Assembly: GCA_013265495.1 (NCBI GenBank)
Contig: MU058540.1
Location: 1,637,696 to 1,701,695 of the forward strand
Length of the DNA: 64,000 bases
Source: Vicugna vicugna
Taxonomy: Eukaryota
Direction of reading: 5' to 3'
Below are positions 23,198-37,600 of this stretch, piece by piece. Positions within the stretch are counted from its first letter, which is position 1, and each line of letters begins with the position of its first letter. Made by a program: the position numbers and the translations under genes. Below the pieces are notes generated by a model. It was not told the origin of the DNA and did no database searches. It saw nothing but the letters and a program-made list of their open reading frames with translations.

Positions 23198-25875
23198 GCC
23201 ACTGAGGAACCAACTGTGCTGCAGAAACAGACGCAGGGAGCACAGGCTCCCGCCACCGCTGCCACCGCCACCATCTCACCTGCAGCTATGAAGACCCAGG
23301 TCCCACGTCTGCCTGTAGGACCTTCTCCTGGCTGTGTGGTCTGGGCCTGCCACCGCCAGGTCTCGCAGAGTGAGCCCTGCCCTGGTTGCGGAGGAGCACC
23401 CCAGGCCTCTGCAGATGAGACTGGAACTCCAGAGGGTCAAGAAGTGACTTGTCCAGAAAACATTTTTTAATGGTAAAAAAAAAAATTTTTTATAAAGTGA
23501 ACTTTCAACACTTGGCTCAAACCTCTAGGTTCAACTGCCAATCTTTGGACAAATGGCCATAGGGTCAGAACAGGGGACCTGAGATGGGCTAAAAGTCCAG
23601 CCAGTCCAGCCCTCTGTCCTCAGGACAGGGTCTTGGAGAGGTCGAGGAGGTCTGTAGAGGAAGCGGGGGGTTGGCCTGAAAGCAGCAGGTACACGGGGAA
23701 CAACTGAGTTGGTCTGTTAGAATCTGCTTTTCAAACCCAACCCAGTCAGCTGCTGTTCCTTCTGAACGGCACAACTTCTTGTCCCGTCTAGAGCTGGACG
23801 CTGCCTCAGAGACACCTGGCAAAAGCAAAGGCTCGTGCTCCGTTTCTGGGGTTCCAGACGTGAAGGTCCAGGGGCCAAATGGAGATGCCTGGGCCTCTTC
23901 TCGGTCACAGTCTTGGACCTGGCGGTGGTCAGAGCACTCCCCTGGGCTGCCTGCCCACAGGCTCGCTGGTGACCTCAGATTGGCTGAGTCGGGAGGAAAA
24001 GCAGCTTTGTTTGGGGCATTAATGGGTAGGTCAGCTGAGACTGCTGCCTGCCAATCGGTGATCTGTCTAATCCGGTTGTGTGATTAGGACTCACTTTGGT
24101 TCTCTGCATTAATTGCTTTGACTGTTGTCCTTTCAGCCGCTGGGCTCATCCCTGACTCCAGGTGTAGACAAGGCTAAATTAGGTGACACTTTGATTCTCG
24201 CCCCATGTGGCCTTGAGGGCAGGCTGACATCCTAGGGCACCACTGCCGCTTGAGCGCTCCTGCTTTGCTTTGCTTTTTGTTTTTGTCCTTGGTTGTGCTG
24301 CTGCTCCTGGTGGTGGCAGAATCAGAGGGGCTCGTTCCTGTGAGGCTGAGTGACAGAGCCAGCTCTGCTGCTCATCCAGCACCTTCCAGAGTGGGGAACA
24401 GAGGGGCGCCTTTCCTCCCACAGGTACCTCAGCAGGCCTGCTTTGCTGGCACAGTCCAGTCCGGTCCCCGGTCAGTGGTCAGGGCTCCAGCAGCACATCT
24501 CTTTCCCAGCGAAGGTGGTGAGCATGCAGGGCACCTTCTGCGGCACATCTGCCTCCCGTGTTTGGCCAGAAATGGAAAGCCAGGCCGTGTCTTCCTGCTG
24601 ACCTGAGGCTGGCCCCTGGTTCCTGCTCTGCCAGGGCATCCACACTGCAGGCCCTGGGAGTCACGCCCACACGGGGAGAGGCAAGCGATCCTCCCCTGCT
24701 CGGTACTAAGCAAGGACCTCAACACCCAGAAGGCTGACTTCTTCCTGATGCTTCCAGGGCCTGGGAGGGGTCCCATTGGCTCCCCTGGTGCAGCATTCAG
24801 TCCCTGCTTCCCTCCCAGGATTGGCGAGGGAACCCACACTGACTGAGCGACCAGCTGCTGCTGCACCATGTGCGGTGCCCCCTTCCTCCCCAGGAAGCCG
24901 GGTCTCCTGGAAGTAGCCTCTCTTGGAGGGTGGTCTGTCCCAAAAGAAAACAGTGTAAACACTACAATGAGTTCCTCAAGCTGTCCTTTTGTTTTTAAGT
25001 CATAAGTAGGTGTCTCCTCCCCTTGAAGCTGCTATATCTTCTATTTATTCAGGGTGTTTCATATTGCGAGGCCTCGGCTAATCTGCTCTGGCTCTGGGTT
25101 TTGAGATTGGTTTATTTCTGAATAAAAAAGGAAGAGACTAGATCCTTCTTTTTTACTCCTCTTCCTTCTCCAGGACAGGTACTATCCCTTCCCTAGAAAG
25201 AAATATTTTAACATTAAGGACAGGCTTCAAGCAGAGAAGCCCTGAGGCAGGTTCCGCAGGCAGTGTGGCAGCCCGGTCCTGAACTGTGCAGGTCCATTTG
25301 GGCGGGACTGGAAGTGGGTCGGTACCTGCTCCAGCGCAGGCTCTGCTCCGCGCTTCTGCTTGCAGCTACTCTGAGCAGGGCTTCCCACCCGACAGGCTCT
25401 GCGTCTGCAGCGCTCTGTGTCGCTCTGGGTGAGTCCCTTGAGAAGCCTCGGGCCGAGCAGGCAGCCAGCGTAGTTGTGGCATCAAGACGTTATCAAGTGG
25501 GTCTGCCCTCGGCCTGTGTTGAGATGCCCCGGCCTGCAGGACGACTGTCAGACGCAGTTCACAAAGTGTTGTTGCTAATGGTGTGGCAGTGGGACTGAAT
25601 TGTAATAAAATATTATTTAATCTTTGTCTCTGTATTTTGATACTTGAATGACTTCCTTTTATTTTACTGTACATATAATTGTTAATCTGTCTGATTTTTG
25701 TCTAAGTTACAAACATCTTGTGGTACCAAACATAACCAATCTGTGCAACATAGACTGACCTCACTACAGAAGAGAGTGTAAATATTCTTGGGCGTTTGGC
25801 TTTGGTTTTGTTATTTTCATAACTGTACAACTTAGAACAGACTGAATTAATAAATGAGAAGCGACATGAAACCAG
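23198..25875 (+). other. ANKS1A: ANKS1A 3' UTR with poly(A) signals AATAAA at 25121, 25604 and 25849
   Basis: Follows the stop codon; AU-rich distal end with three AATAAA hexamers. The exact cleavage site is not determinable. Confidence 0.7.
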
Positions 25876-28800
25876 CCTTACTTTGTGGACTCCTTGAATT
25901 GGAAAGTTTCTGAATTGTTTTTCTGGCAGAAGTGCGGGCATGGGCTCTGCTGGCTCCAGGGTGATGACGAGGATCCGCCATGTCCGGCTGGGACAAGCTC
26001 CGGAATCCGCTCGGGCAGCCTCTTCAACAGAAGGCCTGTCAGTCAGTTAACCCTGTCCAGGTGGAAGGGCCCTGCATGCAGTTCACCTCACCTCCTAAGG
26101 AACATCTGGTCTCAATCCTGACAGGGGCCACAGCCTGGCCCAGGCTGGTCACCCACAGACAGTTACTGAACGTCGATCTACAAGGCGGCATGGGGCTCTA
26201 GAGCTATGGAGGAGCCATCCTTCAGGAACTCAGTTTGATTGTGGAGGTTAAGTTTTAAGCAGGCACAACTACCTCCTGGCCCAAAGCCACGCCACAAGGC
26301 CCAGCAGACGGTCCCAGGGTTGTGGGGACCAGGAGGGACGGAGTGTGCACAGAGCCGGCAGCAGGGAAGGCAGGGGTGACGCCAGGCTGCTGGTGGGAGG
26401 GGAGGGCTGCAAGGGCACAGAAGACACTAAGAACCCGTCGCTGATGGAGCCGCCTTATGGCACGTTTATGGGCCACCGTCCCACCAGCACTCACACTTTA
26501 CTGAGCATTGTCATCACTATAGAGAAAGAAACCAAGGCTCAAAAAGGTTAAAACACCTGCCCAGAGCCAGCTGCAGAGGACCTACAACACCATCTGGTCC
26601 AGGGCCTTCAAGCTGTGCTGCCAAGAACCCAACACTCTTCCTCATGAGTTTCTGTGAAATACTCCATTTGTTAAGGGGCTTTAAGAGAGAAAATCGTTTC
26701 TCTCATTCCATACTTGGCTGTAATTATGAAGAAAACAAGGCCCAGAACAAGGAAAATGATTTTCTCTTAGCCAGCCAGCTACCGGCAGAGACACCAAAAC
26801 CCAAGTTCTTACTTCCAGTTTGAGCTTCTGAGGCACTGAAGCTGGGAAAGCAGACTGAGGCCCGGCGGAGGGCTCAAGTTCTAGACAAGGGGGGTCATCG
26901 TCCTCACACTCCCTCGCTCCCTGGCTTTGGCACCTCTTTGTTAAACAGGAAAAAACCTGACAGCAAGAGAAAGGTTTGGTCATAGTAAGAGTCACTGTTT
27001 CCCGGGAACAGGGTACCAGGACACAGTGCCATTGTCATGATCCCTTTTGGCACCACTCAAGACCCTGGCTTATAACTCACTGCCCAACCCCAGGACCAGT
27101 GTGCTGATTGTGCCTTGGGGGCTTGATGGGGGCGAGACAGACCAGTTTGTGGACGGCTCCCAGGCCTGCCATCTGAGCCACAGGTGGTGCTGCCCTTGAC
27201 TGAAGGGAACCAGAGCTGGACAGAAGGGAGGACTGGTGGGAGCAGTAGGTTGGGGTGGCCTCACATTAGGCATGGGTGGGACACACACAACAGGACTGCA
27301 TCTGTCCAGTCTCCACTCCTACCTCCCCAGTCCCTCTGACTCCCTGTGGTCAGTGTATCTCCACACTGGTCTCCTTAGGACCTGGAGGCAGAAGGAGCTG
27401 CAGGAGTAGGAAGGGTGGAAGGTGAGGTAGACCAGTCCGCCCTCCACAGAGGCTCTGTGGTCCAGGCACTGGCAGCAGGGGTGTAACTACTGATGGCTTG
27501 AGATACAGCAGCCCTGGCAGAGACCAGGCCTCTGAGGAGGCAGAGCTCTGCAAATTGGAGCAGTCTCCAGCGCAGCTCAAAACGCCCTTGTGTCCAATTC
27601 AGCACCTCTGGCTTCTGACACAGAGAGTGTGTCTAGGGTCCCCCCCTGAAGCCCAGCAGACAGGAACAGGTGGACCTTCCAGGACCAGGAATTCACACAG
27701 CACTGGCTGTTCCCCACAAACACCCACAGAGGGCAGACATTTCACCTCTCCACTGCTCAGCACAGCCTCTAGAATTCTGCTTTTTTTTACGACTTGGCTA
27801 TTGGAATCACTGTTATGTTATAAACATTTACCAAATTAAAGAGTTTCCCTAACACCATAAAATATTTATTATCCAGTAAATGGAGCTAAGACAAGCGGGT
27901 AGTTATGGGGGGCGGTGGGAACAGTGCAGGAAAATTTCTATTCCTACTTATACCAAAATAGGTTCCAGATGGTTCACATATTTAAATATAAAAAAAAGAA
28001 ACCCCAACAAAGCTAGAAGAAAATGAGACTTTTCTTTCCCATAATCTTGGTATGAGAAAGGTCTTTCCAAACATGTTACATAACTGAGTCCATTTTTTTA
28101 AGGATTAACATATTCAACTATATAAAAATCAAACATTTCTGCATAGCAAAATGCACCATTAAAAAAGAACCAATTGAAAATAATGTTTACACCACATGTA
28201 ACGACAACTTGACAATAGCTGTGAACTATTTCCAGGAAAATCAAGTAGACGGACTTTTCCCTATTCTTCTCACTAAGTACAATTAAAACCCTTGGTAGAA
28301 ATACCAGTGGGCACAGACAAAGCCCAAACAAAAGCCTACTCTCTCTCTCCAGCCAGAGGACCAGGAAAAGGGCAGCCTCGCAAGATAGAAAGCTTTTAGA
28401 CACAAACTATTCTACTCCAGCCAAACACCACAGGAAAAAACTGTAGCCCCTGACCCTACACAGGCCAGCAAAGGCCAAGTGGGGAGCCTAGATGTCACTT
28501 CCACTACATAACAAGGCACCCCAACACTCCCACTGGGGTGACATCAGAGGAGGCCTGGTGGAGAACTCACCCATCGCCCGGCAGTAATAAGGCTTCTCCA
28601 GACAAATACAATAACCAAAATGAAAATCTCAGTGCTTGGGCTCAGCAACAGATGGACAAGAAAGAGAAGAATTCACAAACTGGAAGATAGAACAATATAA
28701 ATTACTCAATTGACGCAAAAGAGAAAGAAAATAGATTGGGGGGAAGAATGAATAGTCTCCAGGACCTATGGGACCGTAACAAAAGATCAAATGTGTGTCA

Positions 28801-30113
28801 GCGAGTCCCAGGAGGAGAGAAAGAGGTAGGGCTGAAAACGTACTCCACAAAATAATGGCTGAAAACTTCCCAAATTTGGCAAAAGAAACACAGATTCAAA
28901 AAGCTAAGCACATCCCAAACCAGATAAACCAAGAGAAATCCATGCCAAGATTCCATCATAATTAAAGTTCTGAAAATGAAAGACAAAAGGAAAAATTCTT
29001 AAAAGCAGTGAGAAAAATGACACGTTACCCTAAGGGGAAAAGTAATCTGAATGACAGCGGATTTTTCAGCAGAACTGGAGGCCAGAAGGAAGTAGTATGA
29101 TATTTCTCTGGTGCTGAAAGTAAAGAACTGTGAACCCAGAGTTCTGTGCCCTGCAAAAATATTCTTCAGGAATGAAGAGGAGTCAAGACATTCTCAGATG
29201 AAGGAAAACAGGATCTCCATTGCCAGCAGACCTATCCTAAAAGAACAGTGTGCGTTTTCTAGGTAGAAAGGAAATGAGGAAGGTAAAAAGCAACCTTGGG
29301 ACATCAGGAAGGATGAACAAACATTAAGAAAAATATAGGTAAATACAATAGACTTCCCTTCTCTTCCTGAGTTTTCTAAATTATGTTCAATGCTTAAAGC
29401 AAAATTCTAACAGTTTCATGTGATTCTAAATGCATGTAGAAGAAATATTTAAAACAATTATATTTTAAGTGAGGAGGGTAAAGGGATGTGTGACAAGGTA
29501 AGGTTTCTATACTTGACTAGTAAATGATGAGACTAATAGACTGTGGCAAGTTATTTGTACACGTGATACTTAGAGCAAACACCAAGAGTTATTCAAGGAA
29601 ATGAACTCAAAAGACACTATAAGATAAACATTTTAAATTCCATTTCTATTTAAGTAATTCACAGATAAGAAAAACAAAAATGCAAACAATAATTAGAAAA
29701 CAAAAAATGGCAGACTTAAGCCCTAATATACCATAATTACACCAGTTTAAATGGCCTAAAAACACCAATTAAAAGACAGATTGGAAGAGTAGATTAGAAA
29801 ACATGAACTAAACTATATATGCTGTCTATAAGAAACCCACCTCAAATAACAATAATATAGGCAGGTTGAAAGTAAAAGGATGGAAGAAAGTACACAATGC
29901 AAACATTAATTAAAAGAAAGGAGTAGCTATATTAATATAAAGTAGACTTTGGGACAAAGAAAATTATAAGAGAGAGGAGGGCACTATAAAATGATAAAAA
30001 GTCAATGTACCAAGAAGACATATCAATCCTAAATGTGTATGCACCAAACAACAGAGCTGTAAAATATGTGGGGCAAAAACTGAACTAAAAAGGGAAACAG
30101 ACAAATCCATGAA

Positions 30114-30459
30114 TGCTATAGACTGAAGTGCACACCTCCAAAATTCTCATGTTGAAGCCCTGACTCCCAGTTTGACTGTATTTGGAGATAGGGCTTTTAG
30201 AAGGTAATTAAGGTTAAATTAGGTCATCAGGTGAGATCCTAATAGGATTGCTGGCCTTACAAGAGAAGGAAGAGAGAGCTCTCTCCAGACACAGGCACAG
30301 AGGAAAGGCCATGTAAGAACACAGCAAGAAGACAACTGTCTACATGTCAGGAAGACAGTCTTCACCAGAAACTGACCCTGCTGGACTTTGATCTGGGACT
30401 TTCCAGCCTCCAAAACTGTAAGAAGTAAATTTCTATGGTATACTGAGCAGAGTAACACA
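30114..30459 (+). mobile_element. MaLR solo LTR (MLT1-like) inserted in L1 ORF2
   Basis: Starts tgctatagactgaa and contains gtatttggagatagggc and ggactttccagcctccaaaactgtaagaagtaaatttct; the host L1 resumes afterwards. Confidence 0.85.
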
Positions 30460-31154
30460 ACAAATAGGGTTGGAGACTTCAACTCAACTGGAGACTCTGT
30501 CAACAACTTATAGAACAACTAGAGAAAAAATCATCAAGGATATAGAAGAGCTCAACACCACCAACCAATAGGACCTTTTTTTTTTAAGTGCCCATAGGAC
30601 ATATACCAAGATAGATTATATCCTGGGCCATAAAATAAACCTCAACGAATTTAGAAGAATTAAAATAATACACAGTGTCTCTTGAACCATAATAGGATCA
30701 GAGTAGAAATCAGTAACAGAAAGATAACAGAAAAATCTCTAAACACTTGGAAACAACACACTTCTAAATAATCCATGAGTCAACAAGAAATCAATCTCAA
30801 GGGAAATCAAAATAAACAAACTGAATGAAAATGAAAATACAACATATCAAAATTTGTAGGACAAAGTAATATAGTTCTGAGAAGGAAATTCATAGCAGTA
30901 AATGCATATATTGGAAAAGAGGAAAAGTCTTAAATCAATAATCTATGCTTCTACTCTAAAGAACATCAAAAAAAAAAAAAAGCAGAATAAACCCAAAGCA
31001 AGGAGAAGGAAGGGAATAATAAAGATAAAAGCAGAAGTAAATGAAAATGAAAACAGTAAATAGCAAAATGTCAGTCAAACAAAGAGTTTGTTTCATGAAA
31101 TGATTGATAAAATTGACAAACCTGTAGCCAAACCGACAAAGAAAAAGAGAAGAC

Positions 31155-32530
31155 TTCAGCAAATCACGTTGGGAAAACTGGACAGCAGCATGTAAATCAA
31201 TGAAGCTAGAACACTCCCTTATACCATACACAAAAATAAACTCAAAATGGATCAAAGACTTAAACATAAGACAAGATACAATAAACCTCCTAGAAGAAAA
31301 CATAGGCAAAACATTATCTCACAAACATCTCAAAAATGTCCTCCTAGGGAAGTCTACCCAAGCAATAGAAATAAAAGCAAGAATAAACAAATGGAACCTA
31401 ATTAAACTTACAAGCTTTTGCACGGCAAAGGAAACCATAAGCAAAGCAAAACAACAACTTACAGAATGAGAGAAAATTTTTGCAAAAGATTAAACTGACA
31501 AAGGTTTGATCTCCAGAATATATAAGCAGTTCATATGACTTAATAATAAAAAACAACCCAATCCAAAGATGGGCAAAAGACCTAAACAAGCAATTCTCCA
31601 ATGAAGACATATGAATGATCAATAGGCATATGAAGAAATGCTCAATATCACTAATTATCAGAGAAATGCAAATCAAAACTACAATGAGGTTATCACCTCA
31701 CACCAGTTAGAATGGCCATCATTCAAAAATCCACAAATGACAAATGCTGGAGAGGCTGTGGAGAAAGGGGAACCCTCCTACACTGCTGGTGGGAATGCAG
31801 TTTGGTGCAGCCACTGTGGAAAACAGTATGGAGATTCCTCAAAAAACTAGGAGTAGACTTACCATATGACCCAGTCATCCTGCTCCTGGGCATATATCCA
31901 GAAGGAACCCTACTTCAAAAAGACACCTGCACCCCAGTGTTCATAGCAGCACTATTTACAATAGCCAAGACATGGAAACAGCCTAGATGTCCATTGACAG
32001 ATAACTGGATAAAGAAGATGTGATATATTTATACAATGGAATACTATTCAGCCATAAAAACGACAACATAACGCCATTTGCAGCTACATGGATATCCCTA
32101 GAGAATGTCATTCTAAGTGAAGTAAGCCAGAAAGAAAAATACCATATGAGATCGCTCATATGTGGAACCTAAAGAAAAGAAAAAGAATAGAAAGAAAAAG
32201 GCAAATGAACATAAATACAAAACAGAAACAGACTCAGACATAGAATACAAACTTGTAGTTGCTGGCAGGGAGTAGGGTGGGAAGGGACAGACTGGGGGTT
32301 CAAAATTTGTAGATGCTGAGAGGTATATATAGAATAGATAAACAAGATTATACTGTATAGCACAGGGAAATAAATACAAGATTCTGTGGTAGCTCATGGT
32401 GAAAAAGAATGTGACAATGAATATATGCATGTTCCTGTATAACGGAAAAATTGTGCTCTGCAATGGAAATTGACACAACATTGTAAACTGACTATAACTC
32501 AATAAAATAAAATAAAATTAAAAAAAAAAA
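31155..32530 (+). mobile_element. Younger 5'-truncated L1 with poly(A) tail and 17-bp TSD, nested in the old L1
   Basis: ORF2 C-terminal peptides ([36 protein letters not shown]). TSD aaagaaaaagagaagac (31138-31154) / aaggaaagagagaagac (32529-32545). Confidence 0.93.
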
Positions 32531-33227
32531 GGAAAGAGAGAAGACAGATTACCAGTGTCAAGGATCAAACAACGTCCCTCGCTACAGACCCTGCAGACGT
32601 CAAAAGGGTAATAACAGTACTCCACACAACTCTTAACACATAAATTTAACAACTTAAACTAAATAGACCAATTCCTCAAAAAACATACACTATCACAACT
32701 CAGTGTGAAATATGTAATTTGAGTAGCACTATAAAAATTCAATCTACAATTTAAAAAAAATCTTCAAGCCCAGATGATTGCACTGAAGAATTCTACCAAA
32801 TGTTTAAAGAATTAACACCAGTTCTACACAATCTGTTCCAGGAAACAAAAGGAAGAACACTTCCTAATTCATTCATTCTATGAGCTCATATTACCCTGAT
32901 GCCAAGACCAACAAAGGAAATACAAAACAAGAAAACTATAGACCAATACCCTTCATTAATATAGGCATAAAAAATCCATGACAAAATATTAGCCAATAGA
33001 ATTCAGATATATATATATATATATAAAGAATTATACATCATAACCAAGTGAAATTCATTCCAGGGATGCAAGGCTGGCCAATATTCAAAGATTAATCAAT
33101 AAAATTCAATACATTAACAAGCTAAAGAAGAAAAAAATCACATTATCTTATCAATTGGTATGGAAATACATTTGACAAAATTCAACACCTATTCATAATT
33201 TTTAAACTCGTAGAAATGGAAATAGAG

Positions 33228-34620
33228 AATAGCTCCCTAAAGATGTCCACACCCTAATTAATCAACAGAACCTGTGAATATGTTACCTTATGTGGCAAAA
33301 GATACTTTGCAAATGTAATTAAAATCAAGGGTCTTGAGCAGGAGAGTTTATCCTGGATTATCTAGAAAGGCCCAATATAATCAATATTTAAAAAGGGAGG
33401 GAGAAAGGTCAAAAGAAGAGAGAAGATGTGATGGAAGCAAAGGTGGTAGTGATGTGCTCTGAAGATGGAGGAAGGGGCTACCAGCCAAGGAATGTGCACA
33501 GTTTCTAGAAGCTGGAAAGGTCCAGGACAGATTTTTCCGCTGCAGTAGACTGAATAATGGCCACCCAAAGACCTGGGTCCTAATTACTAGAACCTGTTAA
33601 TGTTACTTTAGCAGTTTCCTAGGGCTGCTGTAATGAAGCACCACAAACTGAGTGGCTTAAACAGACAATATATTTGTTTTACTTGAAGTCTGAAAGAGGT
33701 GTCCACAGGGTGGGTTACCTCTAAGGGCTGTGAGGGAGAATCTGTTCCATGCCGCTTTTCTAGCTACTGGTAGCCTCGGTAGATGGCATCTCCCTGATTC
33801 TCTACACTACTGTACTTCTATACATGTGTCTATCTATTCATGTGGCATGTGTCTTTTCATAAGGACACCAGTCAGATTGGATTAGGGACCCACACAACTG
33901 CAGTATAACCTCACATTGACTAAGAACCATCTACAATGACCCTATTTACAAATAAGGTCACATGCTGAGGTACTGGGGGTTAGGACTTCAACATTAATTT
34001 GGGGGGAAGTGGGGGAGACAATTCAATCCATAACAATTACCTTATTAATTACCTTGTTTTAAAAAGGGGGTCTTTTCCTATGTGATTAAAGATCTTAAAA
34101 TGAGGAGATTATCCTAGATTATGTGAGTGGGCCCCAAATCCAATTACAAATATCTGTAAGAGAGGGGCAGAAGGAAATTAGATACACACAGAAGACGACC
34201 ATGTGATCTCCATGTGACCGTGGAGGCAGAAATTAGAATAATGCAGCCACAGGTCTTAAAGGAACACCAGCGGCCACTAGAAGCTGAAAGAGGCAAGGAA
34301 CGGATTATTCCCTAGAGCCTCCAGAGGGCGTATGGCCCTGCCAACACTTTGATTCCAGCCCAGTGAACTGATTTCTGGCCTCCAGAAATGTGACAGTATA
34401 TTTTTGTCAAGCTACTCAGTTTGTGGTGATTTGTTACAGCAGCCATAGGAAACTGATTCATCCTTAGAGCCCCATGCAGCTCTGCCTACACCTTAATTTT
34501 AGCCCCAAACACCATTGTGGACTTCACATTCAAAACTGTGAGATTATAAATGTCCACTGTCTCAAGGAAGGCACTAGATTTGTAGTACTTAGTTACAGTA
34601 GCAATAAAAAGACTAATACA
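33228..34620 (+). mobile_element. Three nested MaLR (MLT1-like) LTRs: outer 33228-34620 (+), middle 33541-34460 (+), inner about 33610-34035 (-)
   Basis: Three separate sets of MLT1-type termini; each host resumes after its guest, and L1 ORF2 resumes at 34621. Confidence 0.8.
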
Positions 34621-37600
34621 GAGGGGAATTTCTTCAACTGGATAAACAGCATCTACAAAAATCTACAATACTGTATTTAATGGTGAAAGACAATGTCTTC
34701 CCCCTAAGACTGGGAACAAGTCTTAAAATGCTGGAAGTTCTAGTAAAATAAGGCAAGAAAAGGAAATAAAAAGCATTCATAACAGAAAGGAAGAAATAAA
34801 ACTGTCTCTACTTCCAGATCACATGACTATGTAGAAAATTCCAAAGAATCTACAAAAAATTATTAAAATAAGTAAGTTAAGCAAGATTACAAGATACAAG
34901 GTAAACATATAAAAGCCAATTGTATTTCTCTATAGTAGAAATGAACATGTGGACACCACAATTAAAAATAAAATACCATTTATAATCACTCAAAAAATGA
35001 ATTCCTAAAGTATAAACCTAAACACATGTTCAGGATTTGTATGATGAAAACTATAAAATGCTGATGAAAGAACTCAAAGTAGATCTAGATAACTAGAGAT
35101 ATATATAATATTCATGAATTGGAATATTCAACATAGTTAGAATGTCAGTTCTCCCCAAACAGATACACAGGTTGAACGTAATACCTATCAAAATCCTAGC
35201 ATATTTTTTTGTAAATATAGACGAGATTAGTCTAAGGAAGGCAAGGAACTAGAATAGCTAAAACAACTTTGAAAAAGAAGAATAAAGTGGAGAAATCAGG
35301 ATACCTAATTTTCAAGACTTACTATATAGCCATAGTAGTCAAGAGAGAGAGAGAAAAACACATAGATCAATGGAACAGGACAGAAAACCCACAGAGAGAC
35401 CCATACAAATATGCCCAACTGATTTTTGAATAAAGGTGCAAAAGCAATTCAATGGAGGAAAGATAGCCTTTTCAACAAATGATACTGGAGCAACTGGATA
35501 GCCATAGCTAAGAAAACAACAATGACAAAAATCCTCAACCTAAGTCTCACATCTTATACAAAAAATTAACTTGAAATGGGTCACAGACTTAAATGTAAAA
35601 CAAAATTACCAAACTTTTTAGCAAAAAAACGCAGAAGAAAATCCTTGGGATCTAAGCCTAGGCAAAGAGTGCTTAGACTTGACACCCAAAGCACAATCCA
35701 TGAAAAGAAAACCTGATAAATTGGACTTCATCAAAATTAAAACCTTTGTGCATCAAAGGACACTATGAAGAAAGTGAAAAGACTACCCACAGAATGAAAG
35801 AAAACACGTGCAAATTATATATCTGACAAGGGTCTAGTATCCAAAATATATAAAGAATTCTTACAACTCAACAACAGTAACAAAACAACCCAATTCAAAA
35901 ATGAGCAAAGGACTAAAATGGCCATTTCTCCAAAGAAGATATACAAATGCCCAGTAATCATATGAAAAGATACTCAACATCACTAGCCATTAGGGAAGTA
36001 TAAGTCAAAACCACAATGAGATTCCACTTCACATCTATCAAGATGCCTATACTTTAAGAAAACAAGTGTTGGTGTAAATGTGGAGAAATCAGAACCCTCA
36101 TACATTGCTGGTGAGACTATAAAGTGGTGCAGCCACTGCGGAAAACAGTTTAGTGGTTTCTAAATAATTAAATATAGAATTACCATGTGACACACTAATT
36201 CTACTCCTGGGTATGAGTATAGATACTCAAAAGCATTGAAAACAAATGTTCAAACAAAAACTTGTACACAAATATTCATAGCAGCACTATTCACAAAAGC
36301 CCAAAGGTGAAAACAACCCAAATATTCATCAACTGACAAATGTGGTATATCCATATAATGGAATATTATTTGGCCACAAAAGGGAATGGGGTTCTGACAC
36401 ATGCTACAACATGATGCATCTTAAAAACATACTAGGTGAAAGCAGCCAGCCACAGAAGACCTCATACGATTCCATTTACCTAGAATCAGAAAACCCACTG
36501 AAACGGAGAGCAGACTGGTGGTTGCCAGGGGCCTGGGAGGAGATGAGACATCACTGCTTGATGGGTGTGGGATCTCCTTTGTGGTGATGAAAATATTCTG
36601 AACTAGACGGTGGTGAGGGTTGCACAACACTGGCAATGTACTAAATGTCTCTAATGGTAAATGTTTATATTATGTGTATTTTACCATAATTTTATTAAAT
36701 ATATATCCCTCAAACCATGGGCAGGACTGAATGGAGCTATCTTCCCTTGCTTAGGTCAGGATCCCTGTCTCCTCCACGTTGAAGCACAAGAAAATCAACT
36801 CAAAATGTCTAAGAAATCAATCATTCCAAGTTTTAACTGTGAAGTACAAAGCAAAGTTCTACAATCAACCCAGGGTCTGCACCCACCAACCAAGCAGTCC
36901 TCTTCTCAGGCACCCCTTCAGAGACAGCACTTCTGCCTCTAAGACAATGAGGCTTCCAAAATATGGATTTTTAAAAAATCCAAATTAATAGCTGCACATC
37001 AGAGAACGCATCCAGGCAAGCCTCACTGTTTATTAAAATATACCCCTTTTCCTGGGCTTCTCCACCTGAGGATGTCTAGGTACAAGACTGGAAATGGAAT
37101 GATCCAGGCCCTCCAGCCTTTCTGGTAACAGTAAAGTTCACACTGTTGGCCTGGCTCTGTCACCCACCTAGGCTCTCTCTCCAAAAGGAAGTCAATTAGG
37201 AGAAAACCCTGGGCCAAGGGAATTCTAACCCTCTTCTGTTAGTCTTCCTATGTTAAGCCTGTTATATTCAGCTCCCTCCACCTCCTGAAACACTGAGAAC
37301 ATTGTTTCTCTTCACCCTACCTTGAGAGCACATAAGTGAATTTCCATTTTCTCTTTTATCCAATACCAAAAAAGGGCCGACTCTGAACGGACATTTCCTC
37401 ATTTCAGCCAGGCTCCATCGGGGCTGGTCTCTGCAGGCAGCCTGAGAATGAGGGGCTGGATCTCTCCAACCCCAGGAGACAAGCCAAGTCCTTCAGAGAA
37501 TATCCCTCATTTGTGATGCCAGCAGCAGCTCACAACCACAACTGCCAGTTAGAATCCCAGACTGGAAGTGCATGTCGCCTGTGTCAGGAAGAACGGGGTG

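Larger units (their letters stand above)
28220..36700 (+). mobile_element. Long decayed L1 (5' region, ORF1, ORF2 and 3' UTR remnants) interrupted by several nested insertions
   Basis: Colinear L1 motifs: ataatggctgaaaacttcccaaatttgg (ORF1), aatgtgtatgcaccaaacaacagagc (endonuclease), ccagggatgcaaggctgg (RT), and a 3' UTR ending near 36700. No intact ORF. Confidence 0.9.

Noticed and set aside
22863..23470. ORFs overlapping the ANKS1A last exon, or stop-codon readthrough
   Set aside because: The TGA is followed by GCC, not a known readthrough context such as CTAG, and the translations are low-complexity UTR noise.
31200..32023. L1 ORF2-like ORFs as an active element
   Set aside because: 5'-truncated, with frameshifts and stops; no endonuclease or RT domain belongs to this copy.
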